DNA of 55,190 nucleotides, from positions 27,074,327 to 27,129,516 of the forward strand of contig NC_068988.1 in the NCBI RefSeq assembly GCF_001194135.2, read 5' to 3'. Both the position numbers and the translations under genes were made by a program. The notes beneath the pieces are model-generated. The model saw only the letters and a program-made list of their open reading frames with translations. It was not told the DNA's origin and searched no databases. This document shows positions 1-12,335 of the stretch, piece by piece (the stretch's first letter is position 1; each line of letters opens with the position of its first letter). This DNA is from Octopus bimaculoides (taxonomy: Eukaryota).

Positions 1-51
<51 letters not shown>

Positions 52-66
52 ATATATATACACACA
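1..66. repeat. (TA)n/(CA)n microsatellite
   Basis: Pure TA run followed by a short CA run at the window start. Confidence 0.95.
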
Positions 67-823
67 CACTTAATAAATAAGTTTGAATTCAATATAATAA
101 TAACAGCAGTAGTGAGTTTGCAACAGTTGTTTTTCCTAAGTTTCGCGTCACCGCTTTTCAAATCATTTCACTTTTAGAAGCTTGTAAAAATTCTGTCATC
201 CAAATATAAAGGTAAATAATTAAATAAATGTGACATTTGAATAAGGTATCAGAAGGGTGGTTGTGGTGGCAGTAACAGAGAATAGTGTAAGGAGAGGCAG
301 AGTTATATGATTTTATTATGTGGATTCGTTAGAATCAAGGCACACAACTAGTAGAACGCCAGAAATGGCTAGGTACGATAACATTGAGCTCTCGTTAAAA
401 TAAACAACATTGATTACATAAAATATTGGGATACCATGGCTATGAAAGTATCAAATTCAATTTAAACCATAAATCCGACTCGAGGACGAGTTGTTAGAGA
501 GGCGAAGGTATAAGGAGTAATCACAAATAATGTCTAAAAATTTACGACAGCTGTTTCAGTAAAATTTTATTCATTTCATGCAATCATAATCATAATATAT
601 AACCATAATATATAATCCACTGTCATCAGGCAACATTTTAAACAGGTTAGATTTTAAAACATCGATCTGGACAGAGTCAACAATCGTTGGACTAATGACT
701 CATTTAAGATTTACCTCCGAATATATAGGATAATTAAGTGTGGCTTCAAAACAGACAAATGAGAAACAAAGAGATCATATGAATATACAATCTAAGTTCT
801 TTTAGCTAAATTAGTTTGGGTAT

Positions 824-836
824 TTGTGTGTGAGTG

Positions 837-869
<33 letters not shown>

Positions 870-907
870 ATGTGTGTGTGTGTGTGTGCGTGCGTGTGTG
901 TGTGTAT
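824..907. repeat. compound (TA)n/(TG)n microsatellite
   Basis: Visible dinucleotide runs; explains the ORFs at 824 and 834. Confidence 0.95.
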
Positions 908-999
908 GAATGTACTAAATTTTTACAGCAAGTTGGTATATATATATGTATTAAATTTTTACACCAAGTGGGTATACATACGACATTCAAATTTCTTTT

Positions 1000-1160
1000 C
1001 TCCGTGTTTTTCTCCTTGTTTTCTCCTTATTCTTTCTGTTGAAGAGCGTAGCTCGAAACGTTAAAGACTTTCTCTATTCCCGAGCGTTAAACTAATACAT
1101 CTTTTTATTGTTTACACCACCTGTCCTCGTCTGTTGTTGTTTTTTCGTAAATTCTCCCAT
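1000..1160 (+). mobile_element. Penelope-like element terminal-repeat fragment with a degenerate minimal hammerhead motif
   Basis: Aligns with the reverse complement of 39044-39200 (about 80% by eye). Contains TCTTT-CTGTTGA-A-GAGC-GTA-GCTC-GAAAC-GTT-AAAGA, the layout typical of Penelope terminal repeats. Confidence 0.65.
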
Positions 1161-1369
1161 CTATATATATTTAAAAATAGGATAAAATCTTTATAAGAAC
1201 TTATGAAGTAATCAGCGTGAAAAAACATCATAAGGGAAAAATTATAATTATTCCCTTTAAATATATTTATCTATATGAAGGGCATTACTACACATAAATG
1301 CCTCACGCTATGACGGATTCTTAAAGTCAAAACTACCATAATAAATACATGTATTTTTTATGGTAGTTT

Positions 1370-1505
1370 TAACTATCAAATCCACTCACAAGGGTTTGGT
1401 CGGCCCGAGGGTATAGTAGAAGACACTTGCCCAAAGTGTCACGTAGTAGGACTGAACCCGGAACCATGTGCTTGGTAAGCAAGCTACTTACTACACTGCC
1501 ACTCC
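1370..1505 (-). mobile_element. SINE family B (tRNA-derived), 5' part
   Basis: Matches the other B copies (GGCAAGTGTCTTCTACTATA, GTGAGTGGATTTG, GGTTCAGTCC B-box-like head) and abuts a CA/TA microsatellite. Confidence 0.85.
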
Positions 1506-1553
1506 ATATTATAAATATCTGTGCATATATATATGTGTGTGTGTGTATACATT

Positions 1554-1632
<79 letters not shown>

Positions 1633-2099
1633 CATATGTAGATATATCTGGTTACAGTCATAAATATATGTGTGTATGTATATATGTGTGTGTGCTTGAA
1701 TGCATATTTACAGATAGATATATATTGGGGATGAGAGAAACAGGAAGACAAAGACAGAACATACATTCATAAATTATATTGATATATTTAAATATTTGGT
1801 TTCTGTTTGCTATATGTACATATAATTTATTTCCATCAAGTCAATTTCCTTGCGAAGACACTTCACAATCTCATCTTCCCTTATAACTACTTTCTTTTAC
1901 GTCAATTTACTAGTTGTTAGCTTTCAGTACTTGTCCATCTGGATGTTTTTATATTTTTGTATTCGGCAACCGAATGTCTCCGAGAAATCTTACAGATTTC
2001 ATCACGTAAAACACACGTCACCTTTACCCTGATCCGCCGACACACACGAATTCTTATTACAAGAGGACAATATTTAACATTCAAACTACAATTTTTGCT

Positions 2100-2590
<491 letters not shown>

Positions 2591-3384
2591 TTTCCGCTAT
2601 TGTGTGTTATGCTTTCTAAGCTCAACCACGAAGAACTCCTTGGGCCTTGGATAAGTGCAGTGTTGTGGTTTTCTATTGTATTGCAGTTATTCAATATATG
2701 ATACGTAAAATACCTTATAGGGTTATTTTCTATATATTATATTCGTATTTAAATCCTAGCGTCTTGCTTATGTACTTGTCTGCTTCACTTCTTCCAAAAC
2801 TATGTCAATAGCTTCTCATTTCAACCCCTTATATGCCGGTTATCATTATTCGTTATCATTATTTTTAGGTTTTTACACTCTGACATCTTTATTAATTCTA
2901 AAGATATATCGTCCTTGGTTAGAACTGAAATTTGATTAGGCGATATTTGTTTTTATCTCTCTAGATTTCAGAATCGGCATAGGCCAGAATATAATGACTT
3001 TGTTATGTGTATAAACCCTATATAAACAGTATATAAACACGCACTTTTGTAGGATATGGCTATTTATATAATGCTGCTTTTTCCAACCACTACAATATAA
3101 TAGATGGTTTCTTTGCAACCTGCACATATTCGGCAATAGTGTTTTCTACTTCTGCTTTGCGTCATTATGTCCTTTATTGTAAGTTTTTTGGGGGAATCTA
3201 ATTAAAACCTCTTACGCCTCAGCTTTAAGTTTTGGGTTTCTGTGATAGGGCTAACTTTGTTCTACTCCCACATCGGCTTGTCCTGTATAATTAATATTGC
3301 CTATATAGAAAATATTTACCATCGTCTTAGAATATTTTTATTAGCTAGGCCTAGAATAAATACTTATATGGCCTCCATTTCGAT

Positions 3385-5100
3385 AACAGTCAGATTAATG
3401 TCGGTAGCATTTTTCTTGAGCAGTTGCAGATCGGCAGAAGCGGGAAAAACTTGTGTAAGGAAAGACTTCCAAAGGTCCGTCGGTCTAGAACGAATAGCTG
3501 GGCATAACGCTTAGCACAAAGCTTTTGGCGGACGTGACATAGGAGAGAGAAAGAGAGACGAGTGAATCGGAAATGACCGAAGTGTAGCGAGAGACTAACC
3601 AACTCACAGAATCAGAAAGCGTTGTAGTTGAGATAGAAAAGAAATGAAAGGACACAGAACATCTGCAGACCAGAAGTTAGAGTATGTTTGTGAACTATTT
3701 CACGTCTGTAAGTCGAGTGATCTATTGTGGATGCTGTCCAGGATGGTCTTGTAAATGGAAGCAACAATATTTTATTGCGTGTCTTAAGTGGGTTTTGTGA
3801 AGGATTAGTAGCTGTTGATGGAAGGCGTATTAGTGAATCCACAGAACACAAGTCTTTGAGATGCAATTTTTACTGAGGATATGCGTTTGCCAGCAGAAAT
3901 CCTTAGTGTTAGCGAGACATTATTTGAATCGGTCGTGAACTTTTTAATTGAACACTGTTCATCTTGAAGAGGGTGAGGTGCGATAATGTTTTCATTCTAT
4001 TTGCAATGCTTATGCTTTGTTTGCGACTGAAAGAAGCAAGATTGGCCTAGCCGCACTTTCTATGTCTGTGTTCATGATGTTCGCTTAGAAATGTCGTGAG
4101 ATGGTTTCTTTGCATCGATGACGATTAGGTGTGAAGCTTAAAGAGGAGTGAACGGTGACACCATCTACACAGGGATGTGTTGTAGAAGTTGATGGTAAAT
4201 GGATTATTGCTGCATAGAAGGAAAAGTATGAGGGAGAAAAACTGAACCCTAGGGCACATCGGAGTTGATAGAGTGTAAGTCAAAGAGAGTTTTATCAGCC
4301 CACGCTACGAAACTGTGTTCTGACAGGAATTCACCAATCAAAGAAAGGAAATGCGGACGAAGCCATTTTGGAACACTCCTGACAAGAAATTTGCGTGCCA
4401 GACACAGTCGAGAGTTTTGTTGATGTTGTGGCAACAATGCTGTTTGCATCTAATTTCTTATGGTCGAGCGTCCATTGGTGAGTGAAATAGAAAGTTAAGT
4501 CTTCAGTAGATTTGGCTTTGCGGAAGCCGTACGTATGGTGATTAATGAGGGAAGGAGATGTTAGAGAAGGTTGGAGATGTTGGAAGTAAATGCAATAGGA
4601 CATTAGTTTTGAGGATCCGAGATGAGACACAGTAACGTGTTTCTAAAAGTCGGTATACGTTCCTGGTGTGAGAGAGAGAACAGAGAGGGTGAATAGCAGG
4701 AGATTGAATAGTTTTGTGAGGATAGATGTTAGCTCTACGAAAAATTCTTTGAAGATAGTGGAATAAACATGGCCGATTTGAGCGCCAAGAAGTACACACT
4801 TAGCATGCATTTGTGCATGGTGTTGTGACTGGTGAAGTTCAAAAGGAATTTGTTCTAGTGTAGTTTTACCACGTGGGTCAGTCTGTCAGTCTTATGTAAG
4901 TCTTATGGCATCATATGTAGAGGTTTTCACCACGTGACTACTGATCTCAGAACCATTGTGACTAAGAAGAAAAGGAAAATAGAATTCCGCAAAACTGGTA
5001 GAGATCCTTTTTGTAAGAGACCAAAAGAATAGTCTGCGGTTTGGTAGGTAATAGTGTTTGTGTGCCAGCTCTGAGCTTCTCAAGCTTGAAAATGTTTTGC
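3385..5100 (-). mobile_element. decayed CR1/L2-group (jockey-like RT) LINE, ORF2 3' half
   Basis: Minus-strand peptides broken by stops and frameshifts: FWSLTKRISTSF..FP, TIFKEFFVELTSILTKLFNLLL, HHTYGFRKAKSTEDL (GFR motif) and the C-terminal RPTDLWKSFLTQVFPASADLQLLKKNATDINL*. Confidence 0.8.
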
Positions 5101-5257
5101 AGAAGTTTCAGTACTTAGTGAGCGCTACTGGCCGTCAGTTTCTTTTTCTGCCAAAAATTGCTGCCGCGTAGATATGTGTGAAGCATTTCGAGACCTGTTT
5201 GTGTTGGCTCAGAGTAATAAAATAATATATAAAAATTATAAATCTAATTTTAAAAAT

Positions 5258-5349
5258 ATACAGTACAGCACTTTTTCTACTTCGCGGATTTTCACCTATC
5301 GCGTGGGGTTTTGGAACCTAGCACCCACGATAGACGAGGGATTACTGTA
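5258..5349. mobile_element. Tigger/pogo-like DNA transposon end
   Basis: TTCGCGGATTTTCACCTATCGCG...GATAGACGAGGGATTACTG followed by TA resembles a TcMar-Tigger terminal inverted repeat with a TA target site; the other end was not found. Confidence 0.6.
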
Positions 5350-5667
5350 AAAGATAAATGATAATAAAAGATTTACAAATGTTTTGTCGCTACAGTAAAT
5401 AAGTTACAACACAATTCTAATCTTTTCATGGCAAATAAAATATTCAATGTTAGCTTCTGGGTGATACGGTAAAAATCTGTCATTATTTCCCTTGTTTTAG
5501 GTAGGCTTTCTTATTTACTTAAATTCATCCTGAGAATATCATGCCTCCAGTATAATATTGGACAGTCAGAGTAATGTTATTGTTTAGCTTAGTGTAGGTA
5601 TTTAGCTCAATTTAAATATTTTATCTAATTCCTCTTCAATATTGCTCCTAACCATTTCTCTTTATAC

Positions 5668-5672
5668 ATACA

Positions 5673-5746
<74 letters not shown>
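5668..5746. repeat. (TACA)n/(TA)n microsatellite
   Basis: Directly visible. Confidence 0.95.
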
Positions 5747-5749
<3 letters not shown>

Positions 5750-5759
5750 CTTTCTGTCT

Positions 5760-6130
5760 GGTTTATTCATTCTAAAGAACTCGTTTTTAAATAAATGTTA
5801 ACATAATTTTAGGTATAACTTTCTTATCTCCTATTGTTTATCTGTTGCAATATTACTAATCTATCGAAAATGTTTCTGTCTTCCAGGTGTTTTACGTATA
5901 ATTCTCATATCTCTGATTCTTTATCTCATATATTCCTGGTTTTTCATAATTCTGTCTTTATAATTGCCTGGTCGCATGTTTCCCAACCAAACTTATCGTC
6001 AGTCATCTACTGAATCCGTTGTATACCATGTACAACAGGTTATCTCTTGTTTGTTATCAGCAGCGTACTGCTGGAGATCATCCACATATAGGGGTTGACT
6101 GATTGTTACTATAGTTCTGATATCTATATT
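5760..6130 (-). mobile_element. R4/Dong-like LINE reverse transcriptase fragment
   Basis: Minus strand reads PLYVDDLQQYAADNKQE (YxDD motif, cf. LYMDDLKLYA) and later FGWETC (cf. FGLDKC); frameshifted. Confidence 0.65.
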
Positions 6131-6375
6131 CAGCTGGGACTATCATATTCATTAAATGATTTTGCGTCAAACAAAAAAGGTAGGATAAGAGAGAATATTA
6201 TCGGAAATTCTATTTAAAACTGGCGATACACGTGAAATCCAGCTGGTTTTATGCTGTTAAATCTTGAGTTAACAAGATTTAACTCTCTCCAATTGTCCTA
6301 GTAATCCGTCTAAAATTGTTACGTTTGTTTTATGTTTCTTACCCGTAAGTGACTGGGCAACAACAGAAATAATGA

Positions 6376-6950
6376 AGCTGGCAGAATCGTTAGCACGCCG
6401 GGCAAAGGGCTTCGTGATATTTCGTCCGTGTTTACGTTCTGAGTTTAAATTCCGCCGAGGTCGAATTTACCTTTTATCCTCTTGAGATCGATAAAATAAA
6501 TACTAGTTGAGTACTAAGATCGATGTAATCGATTTACCCCTTTCCCAAACCGGCTGGCCTCGTGCCAAAATTTGAACGCATTGTTTAATTTAGCTCTTCG
6601 GTAGTTTTGCGTTGTGTTCGAAGATCACCAAGTTCAACTCTGCCTTTCATCCTTCCGGGGTCGATAGAATAAAGTGCAAACTAAGAACTGGAGTCGACGT
6701 AATCAACTCCCCAGCCCTCAGAATTGCTAGTCCTGTCCCTAAATTAGAAAGGGCCATTTCATTTAACTGTAAGGCGACAAGGTGGCAGAATCGTTACCGC
6801 ACCTGACAAAATGTTTGCGGCATTTCTTATAGCTCTTCCTGCTCTGAGTTCAAATTCCGCCGATACAGATTTTGCCTTTTATCCCTTTAGGGGTCAATAA
6901 AACAAGTACTGCATGAACACTGGGGTCAATGCAATCGCCTTCCCTTTCTC
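6376..6950 (+). mobile_element. three head-to-tail SINE family A copies (6376-6583, 6616-6757, 6771-6950)
   Basis: Shared consensus GCTGGCAGAATCGTTAGCA...TTCTGAGTTCAAATTCCGCCGAGGTCGAC...CCTTTCATCC..GGGGTCGATAAAATAAGTAC; the middle copy is 5'-truncated. Confidence 0.9.
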
Positions 6951-7229
6951 AACAACATTGAATTAGAATTTTTAAAATTTAACCACTCTATTTTTTGTTC
7001 TGCTTTTTTTTTTTTTTTTTTGCTTTTCTTAATTTTGCTTTGTTTCTGGGTTCATATTTCACTGAATTTGACCCTTTTTTTCATCTTCCAAAGTCGACAA
7101 AGATAATTCAGACAAAATGCGAAAATGTTGCGTGGAAATATATTTTATGTACCTTTGTACTATTAAGACAGGACAATTGAATTACACGTATGGTCTTCCA
7201 TACAATTTTCATTGATCAAATTTTTCAAT

Positions 7230-7340
7230 AAGATTTGGATTCATCAGAGGCTTTAGTAAAACTTACTTGTCCAGGATACCAGAGTGAAATCGAAACTGAA
7301 ACTCCTTAAACAAGAAACGAACTTCTTAACCACTGCACTA
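7230..7340 (-). mobile_element. degraded SINE family B
   Basis: Weak match to the B head and core (ACTTGTCCAGG..., CTTCTTAACCAC). Confidence 0.5.
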
Positions 7341-8304
7341 CACTGTGTTCGACTTGTCATAATTAGCAACCAAATCTCCTTCAAGTTTTATCCCTCCCTA
7401 CCGTTTTAAATGTACTGGATATATAAATGTACTGAGTGTATCGATGTGTGTGTCTATGTGCGTGTGTGTGCGTGTGTTCGTTTAAGGACAGAAGAGTAAC
7501 TTTTGTGAAGAGAAGTAGAGTTAAATTTAATAGACTCAGCATGTTATTGTACCTTATTCCACTGAATCCGGACGATTGATGAGCTAAGTTGACTCCATGG
7601 GGTGTTATTTCATAACAAACGCCCCAAAAATTAAATGTTCTGAAGCATTTAGTCAAATGGAAACAACTAGTTTCCGTTAGTTGTTTCCATCTACAGTCAT
7701 ATTATATAGGAGTCTTTTATTTACTTTTGCTGTTTTACTTTTTAACACACGAGCCATCACAACAATCATGTTATTCTGCTGTGTTTAAGACAGCCATCTC
7801 TGTAATAACAGTTTATTGATCAAATTACATCAATAAACGCAGCCGAACAATCGGTTATTAATTTTAACTGCAACAATAATTTACTCTTCATACAAAAGAA
7901 AGAAGTCTTCTGGCATCTAACCAACCTTAGATATTTTGGATTTTCTAACATTATCAAATATTTACTTAATTATTTCAGTAGCTTCCTTTCAAAAAAACCT
8001 TCTGGCAAATTTGATCTTCTTGTAACTCATATAATTTAGTTTAATTTAGCGTTGAATTGACAAAAGCATCGATCAAAATGCTTGATAAATATTTAGTTGT
8101 ATTCGCTGTCTCTTGGTCTGTTGGTAATGTTAACTTATATCTATCCGTCTACGCTCTCAGTACTGAAGTTCTTTCTGCAATGAAAAGATTTTGCCTTACA
8201 CTGCGTCGTAGCTACATTCTATTCATCACACTACCCATGAGGCATTTCTACCAACCTGATAATCATTTTCATCTTTTGCCACAGCCGCAAATTTTAGAAG
8301 ATGG

Positions 8305-8661
8305 TTGTAGCTGATAAAATTTAACTCAGTTTTAGACCGGTATTTTATTTTCGAATCTGGAGGCGTGAAAATCAAAGCATATTTCAGTGGGATTTAAGCT
8401 GAGCTGGAATAATACCACAAGGCATTTTATCCAATGCTCTAATAACTCTGCTAATCTACACTCCTAATAATAACAATAATATTTTCTAGCATAAGCACAA
8501 AAATTTGAAATCTGAGGAATAATATTAGTCGATTACATCGATCCCAGTATTTGAGTAGTATTTAATTTTATCCATCCTGGAGAGATGGGACATAAAATCG
8601 ATCCTAGTACTTGACTATTTCTTCACTTCATCGACCTAACGATTCTGCCAGCTCGCCGCCT
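8305..8661 (-). mobile_element. two tandem degraded SINE family A copies
   Basis: Reverse-complement family A motifs (GTCGATTACATCGATCCCAGT, AACGATTCTGCCAGCTCGCCGCCTT). Confidence 0.75.
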
Positions 8662-8699
8662 TAGATAATGGTAGAAGAACAGATTGGAGTAACGTACAT

Positions 8700-9030
8700 A
8701 TAGGCATGGTCGTGTGGTTAAGAAGCTTGCTTTGCAGCCATGAGGTTTGAAGTTCAGTCTTTCATTCTAACTGCACGGCTACATGGGCAAGTGTTTTTGT
8801 ACTATAGCACTGGGATGACCAATGCCTTTTTAATGAATTCCGTAGACGGAAACTCTGTGTGTGTGTGTGTGTGTGTACCTACGTACCCATAACATAAGTA
8901 GTTTGGCAATACAAACTGAATAAGTACCAGACGTTAAAAATATGAGTACTGAGGTCAATTTCTTCAACTAAAGCCCTTTAAGGCAATGCTCCAGCATGGC
9001 TGCAGTCCAATAACTGAAACAAGTAAAAGA
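8700..9030 (+). mobile_element. SINE family B, near full length with an internal (TG)n
   Basis: Head GGCATGGTCGTGTGGTTAAGAAGCTTGC, core GGGCAAGTG, 3' end CTCCAGCATGGCTGCAGTCCAATAACTGAAACAAGTAAAAGA. Confidence 0.85.
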
Positions 9031-9849
9031 TTAACGATAACAAATAACAATTTTCTTAACATAAACACTCACAGCAGCTGTTATAAAAAGAGTGCATGCG
9101 TAGTTAGCCAAATTACAATTCCTTGATCTGATCGAAACTTCACAAATCAAAGATGAAACATGGTACTCTAGAGAGCAATGAGAAACACCAGCTTCTTTGC
9201 AAAAAACAAATTTCTGCAAATCGATTTCTGGACAAAGATCTTTCTATTTCCTTCGCTTCTTTGCTGCATTTCAATCTTTCTTTACTTCGCTAATGTCTTT
9301 CAGATAAGCATTCTTTTCAGACAATCCTATTCCTCTATTCTATAAAAATCTATGACTTGTACGAAGTTATGTAATCAATATGTTTATATGGAATATAAGT
9401 GATTTCGCTGCTAATATCAAAATTTATATCAAAGTAACTTTCTCTTTTCCTTTTCTTTACTTCCTCTCTCTCTCTCTATGTCTTCCTTTCTCCCGATATA
9501 TCTCTTTTCTCTCTTTCTTTCTTTCTTTCTTCCTCTCTCTGTGGAAAACAGTTTCTTCTCTGTTTAATTCTGTTGTTAATGTACCTATTGATACTTGTGT
9601 GTGTATGTGTGTGTGTGTGCGTACGTGTATGTATGCGCGCGTACGTGTGTGTGTGCGTGTATGCCTGCGTGTGTGTGTGCGTGTGGGGGGGGGTGCGNNN
9701 NNNNNNNNGGTGCATGTAGGTTCCTGTGTTCAAGTAAAAGATAGCAATTATTCTAAAAGATTGTCAGAACAAACAAAACAGCAAAATATTCTTTGTGTTT
9801 TGTTTTTTTTTTCCAACTTTCATGAAAGGCTCTGAATACTTCTTTAAAA

Positions 9850-10540
9850 GAATCTGAAATGGCTACAAAAAAAAATAAAGAAGACTCATACTTTGGCAGA
9901 GAGACAATTATTTTACCTGCATGCAAAAATATTATTAAGACGATGCCAGGAAATGAAACAGAACGAGAAAGAGGTAAAATTCCTCTCTCAGAAGATACAG
10001 TTCATAAGCACACTTTTAAATTATCTGCTGACATAGAAGACATTTAAATTTTGATGAGCAAGTTGCTGAGTCAAACACACATTACCAAAGCGCAGCTTTT
10101 GACATTCGTTCGTAAGGGTTTATTTTTTTACATGAAGATCAAAAAGGAGATTTTTTTGTTGTTTTGGCTTTTGTTTTTGAGGTATTTTTGGCAAAAAAAT
10201 CCAAGGCACTTCAAAAGCTGAAAACATTTTTTATATTATAAAATAACTACCTTGGAAGTTTTGAAGTCATGTGTTGGCACTTGAAGTGATGGAGCTCTCA
10301 TAGCTGGCTTCATAATACTTTTAAAAGTGCAAAATCCGTATGCTGTTACATCTCACTGCCGTCTGCATTGAAACCTTCACTGCAAAAAACGTTAGATTTG
10401 AATTTTGTTAAAAGTTTTAGATAAATTTATCGAAAGCAGAATCCGTGGGTAACTGAAGATGCAGTGACATAACACATATTTGTAAAACAATAACAGCGTG
10501 GAAGACATACATTAGCCATTTTTAAAAAAACCCACAATAA
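9850..10540 (+). pseudogene. hAT-superfamily (Charlie/Buster, ZBED5/SCAND3-like) transposase relic
   Basis: ETIILPACKNIIKTM...KIPLSEDTVHKH...SADIED, then after frameshifts THITKAQLLTFVR, CVGT*SDGALIAG and NPYAVTSHCRLH*, in the same order as the Buster transposase motifs ETLILPAC, IPLSNDTV, AQLLVFVR, CTDGA and HC..HRE. Confidence 0.85.
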
Positions 10541-10653
10541 CTTATTATTTATTATTTGGTGTCAAAATTTTCGTGAAGTTAATAGTTTTGTTCATTTTTG
10601 AAAGGCGAATATGTGCCTAACATGCTGTAATTGTTTTTGTTTCACCACGTGAC

Positions 10654-10707
10654 AAATATCCTCCGAAATATCCTCCGAAATATCCTCCGAAATATCCTCC
10701 GAAATAT
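10654..10707. repeat. perfect 12-bp tandem repeat (AAATATCCTCCG) x4.5
   Basis: Four exact units plus AAATAT. Confidence 0.95.
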
Positions 10708-10730
10708 TTGTAATATATTCCAATAAGTTA

Positions 10731-10940
10731 AGGCAGTGACCTGACAGAATCGTTAGCACATCGGGCAAAATGCTTAACGACATTTCGTCAGTCGCTATGT
10801 TCTGAGTTCAAATTATGCCGAGGTCGACTTTACCTTTCATCCTTCCGGGGTCGATTAAAATAAGTACCAGTTGAACACGGGGGTCAATGTAATCTACTCC
10901 CCCGAACTTGCTGGTTATATACCAAAATTTGAAACTAATA
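10731..10940 (+). mobile_element. SINE family A
   Basis: Full family A consensus including the AAATTTGAAAC tail. Confidence 0.9.
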
Positions 10941-11164
10941 TATAAAGTATATGTTGCAATTTACAAGAATATATTTAAAGAGGGATACGCTAATTGTTAC
11001 GAGACTTAAGAAAGCTAATGCTTAAAAGGACTTAGCAAAATATCAATCCCATAAATATCATTGTTTTTACCTCACGGATACACTATGTCTGTGTGTTACC
11101 CTGTATGCAACCCGATAGAAGAAGTACTCAATACTTAAAGTAGAGTTAATAATAATAATTCTTT

Positions 11165-11941
11165 TTAATTTGGCTACAAAGTCAGCAGTTTTACAGGGTG
11201 TGGGTTAATCGATTACATTGATCCCAGAACTTATTTCATCGACCCCGAAAAGATGATAGGTGAAATCGACCTTGAATGCATTTGAACTCAGAACGTAAAG
11301 AGCCGGAAGAAACGTCGCTGTGCATTTTGTCCGGTGCAGTAAAGATCCTACCAGCGCAATAATCGTTTCTAATTTAGGCACAAGGTGAGCAGCCTAAGAG
11401 GGAGGAAGATGGTCGACAACACTGACTCCAGTACTTGACCGGTACTTTATTTTATCGACACTCCGGAGGCGAAAGGCAAAGCTGACCACAAAGGTTTTTG
11501 AATTCAGCACGCTAAACCCGGAAGAAATGTTGCTAAGAATTTCGTCTCGCACGTGAGTGATTTTGCCAGCTTGCCATCTTAAGTTTATGTTATTATATCA
11601 ACAAAAGAACAGATTTTCACCGACATTTCTTCCAGGATTTGTGTTGACAGTTGTCCAAAACAACTGATATGTCGGTGAAAATCTGTTTGATAGCTACAAC
11701 TATAAAATTTAGTAAAACAAGCCCTATTAATATTGATTCCAAATGTTGGCACATGGTCAAAGGGAAGAGAGAAAAGTCGATTACATTGATCTTAATATTC
11801 AACTGCTACTTATTTTATCGACTCCGAAAGGATGAAAGGCAAAGTGACCTTGGCGGAATTTGAACTCAGAACTTAAAGACGGACAAAATGTCGCTAAGCA
11901 TTTTGTCCGGCATGCTAATGATTCTACCAGCTCGCCGCCTT
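11165..11941 (-). mobile_element. three tandem SINE family A copies (11165-11355, 11365-11582, 11735-11941)
   Basis: Reverse-complement family A consensus repeated three times. Confidence 0.9.
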
Positions 11942-12094
11942 GCAATTATTAAAATCCTGTCATTCGAATTTGAATATATATCTAACAGTTAAACAAGGAT
12001 ATTATTACGTACGTGAAAGATACAGCTAAAAACGTAATGAGAGGGCAGAGAGATAGAAATATAATGATAAAGAGGGAAATATAGGTAGAAAGGA

Positions 12095-12123
12095 GCACAC
12101 ACACACACACACATACACAAACA

Positions 12124-12170
<47 letters not shown>

Positions 12171-12335
12171 CTGGCTTTCATGCACTTTCTGTTTACTAAA
12201 TTCACTCATGAAGCGTTGGTCGACGCGGAACTATAGAAGAAGACACTCGACCAAAGTGCTGCGCAGTGAAAGTGAACTCTAACCCACATGGTTGCAAAGC
12301 GTGCTTCTTAACCACTCAGCCAAGCCTGCGCCATA
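12095..12335 (-). mobile_element. SINE family B 5' part with adjoining (CA)n
   Basis: CTATAGAAGAAGACACTCGACCAAAGTGCTGCGCAGTG...CTTCTTAACCAC is the reverse complement of the B head and core. Confidence 0.8.

Noticed and set aside
1961-2000. Two adjacent small hairpins (ATTCGG-caa-CCGAAT and GAAATCT-tac-AGATTTC) as a possible hammerhead
   Set aside because: The minus strand has GTGATGA but lacks GAAA and a UH site in the right places; the stems are short enough to be chance.
10654-10707. CRISPR-like repeat
   Set aside because: The units are contiguous with no spacers, and the context is eukaryotic.
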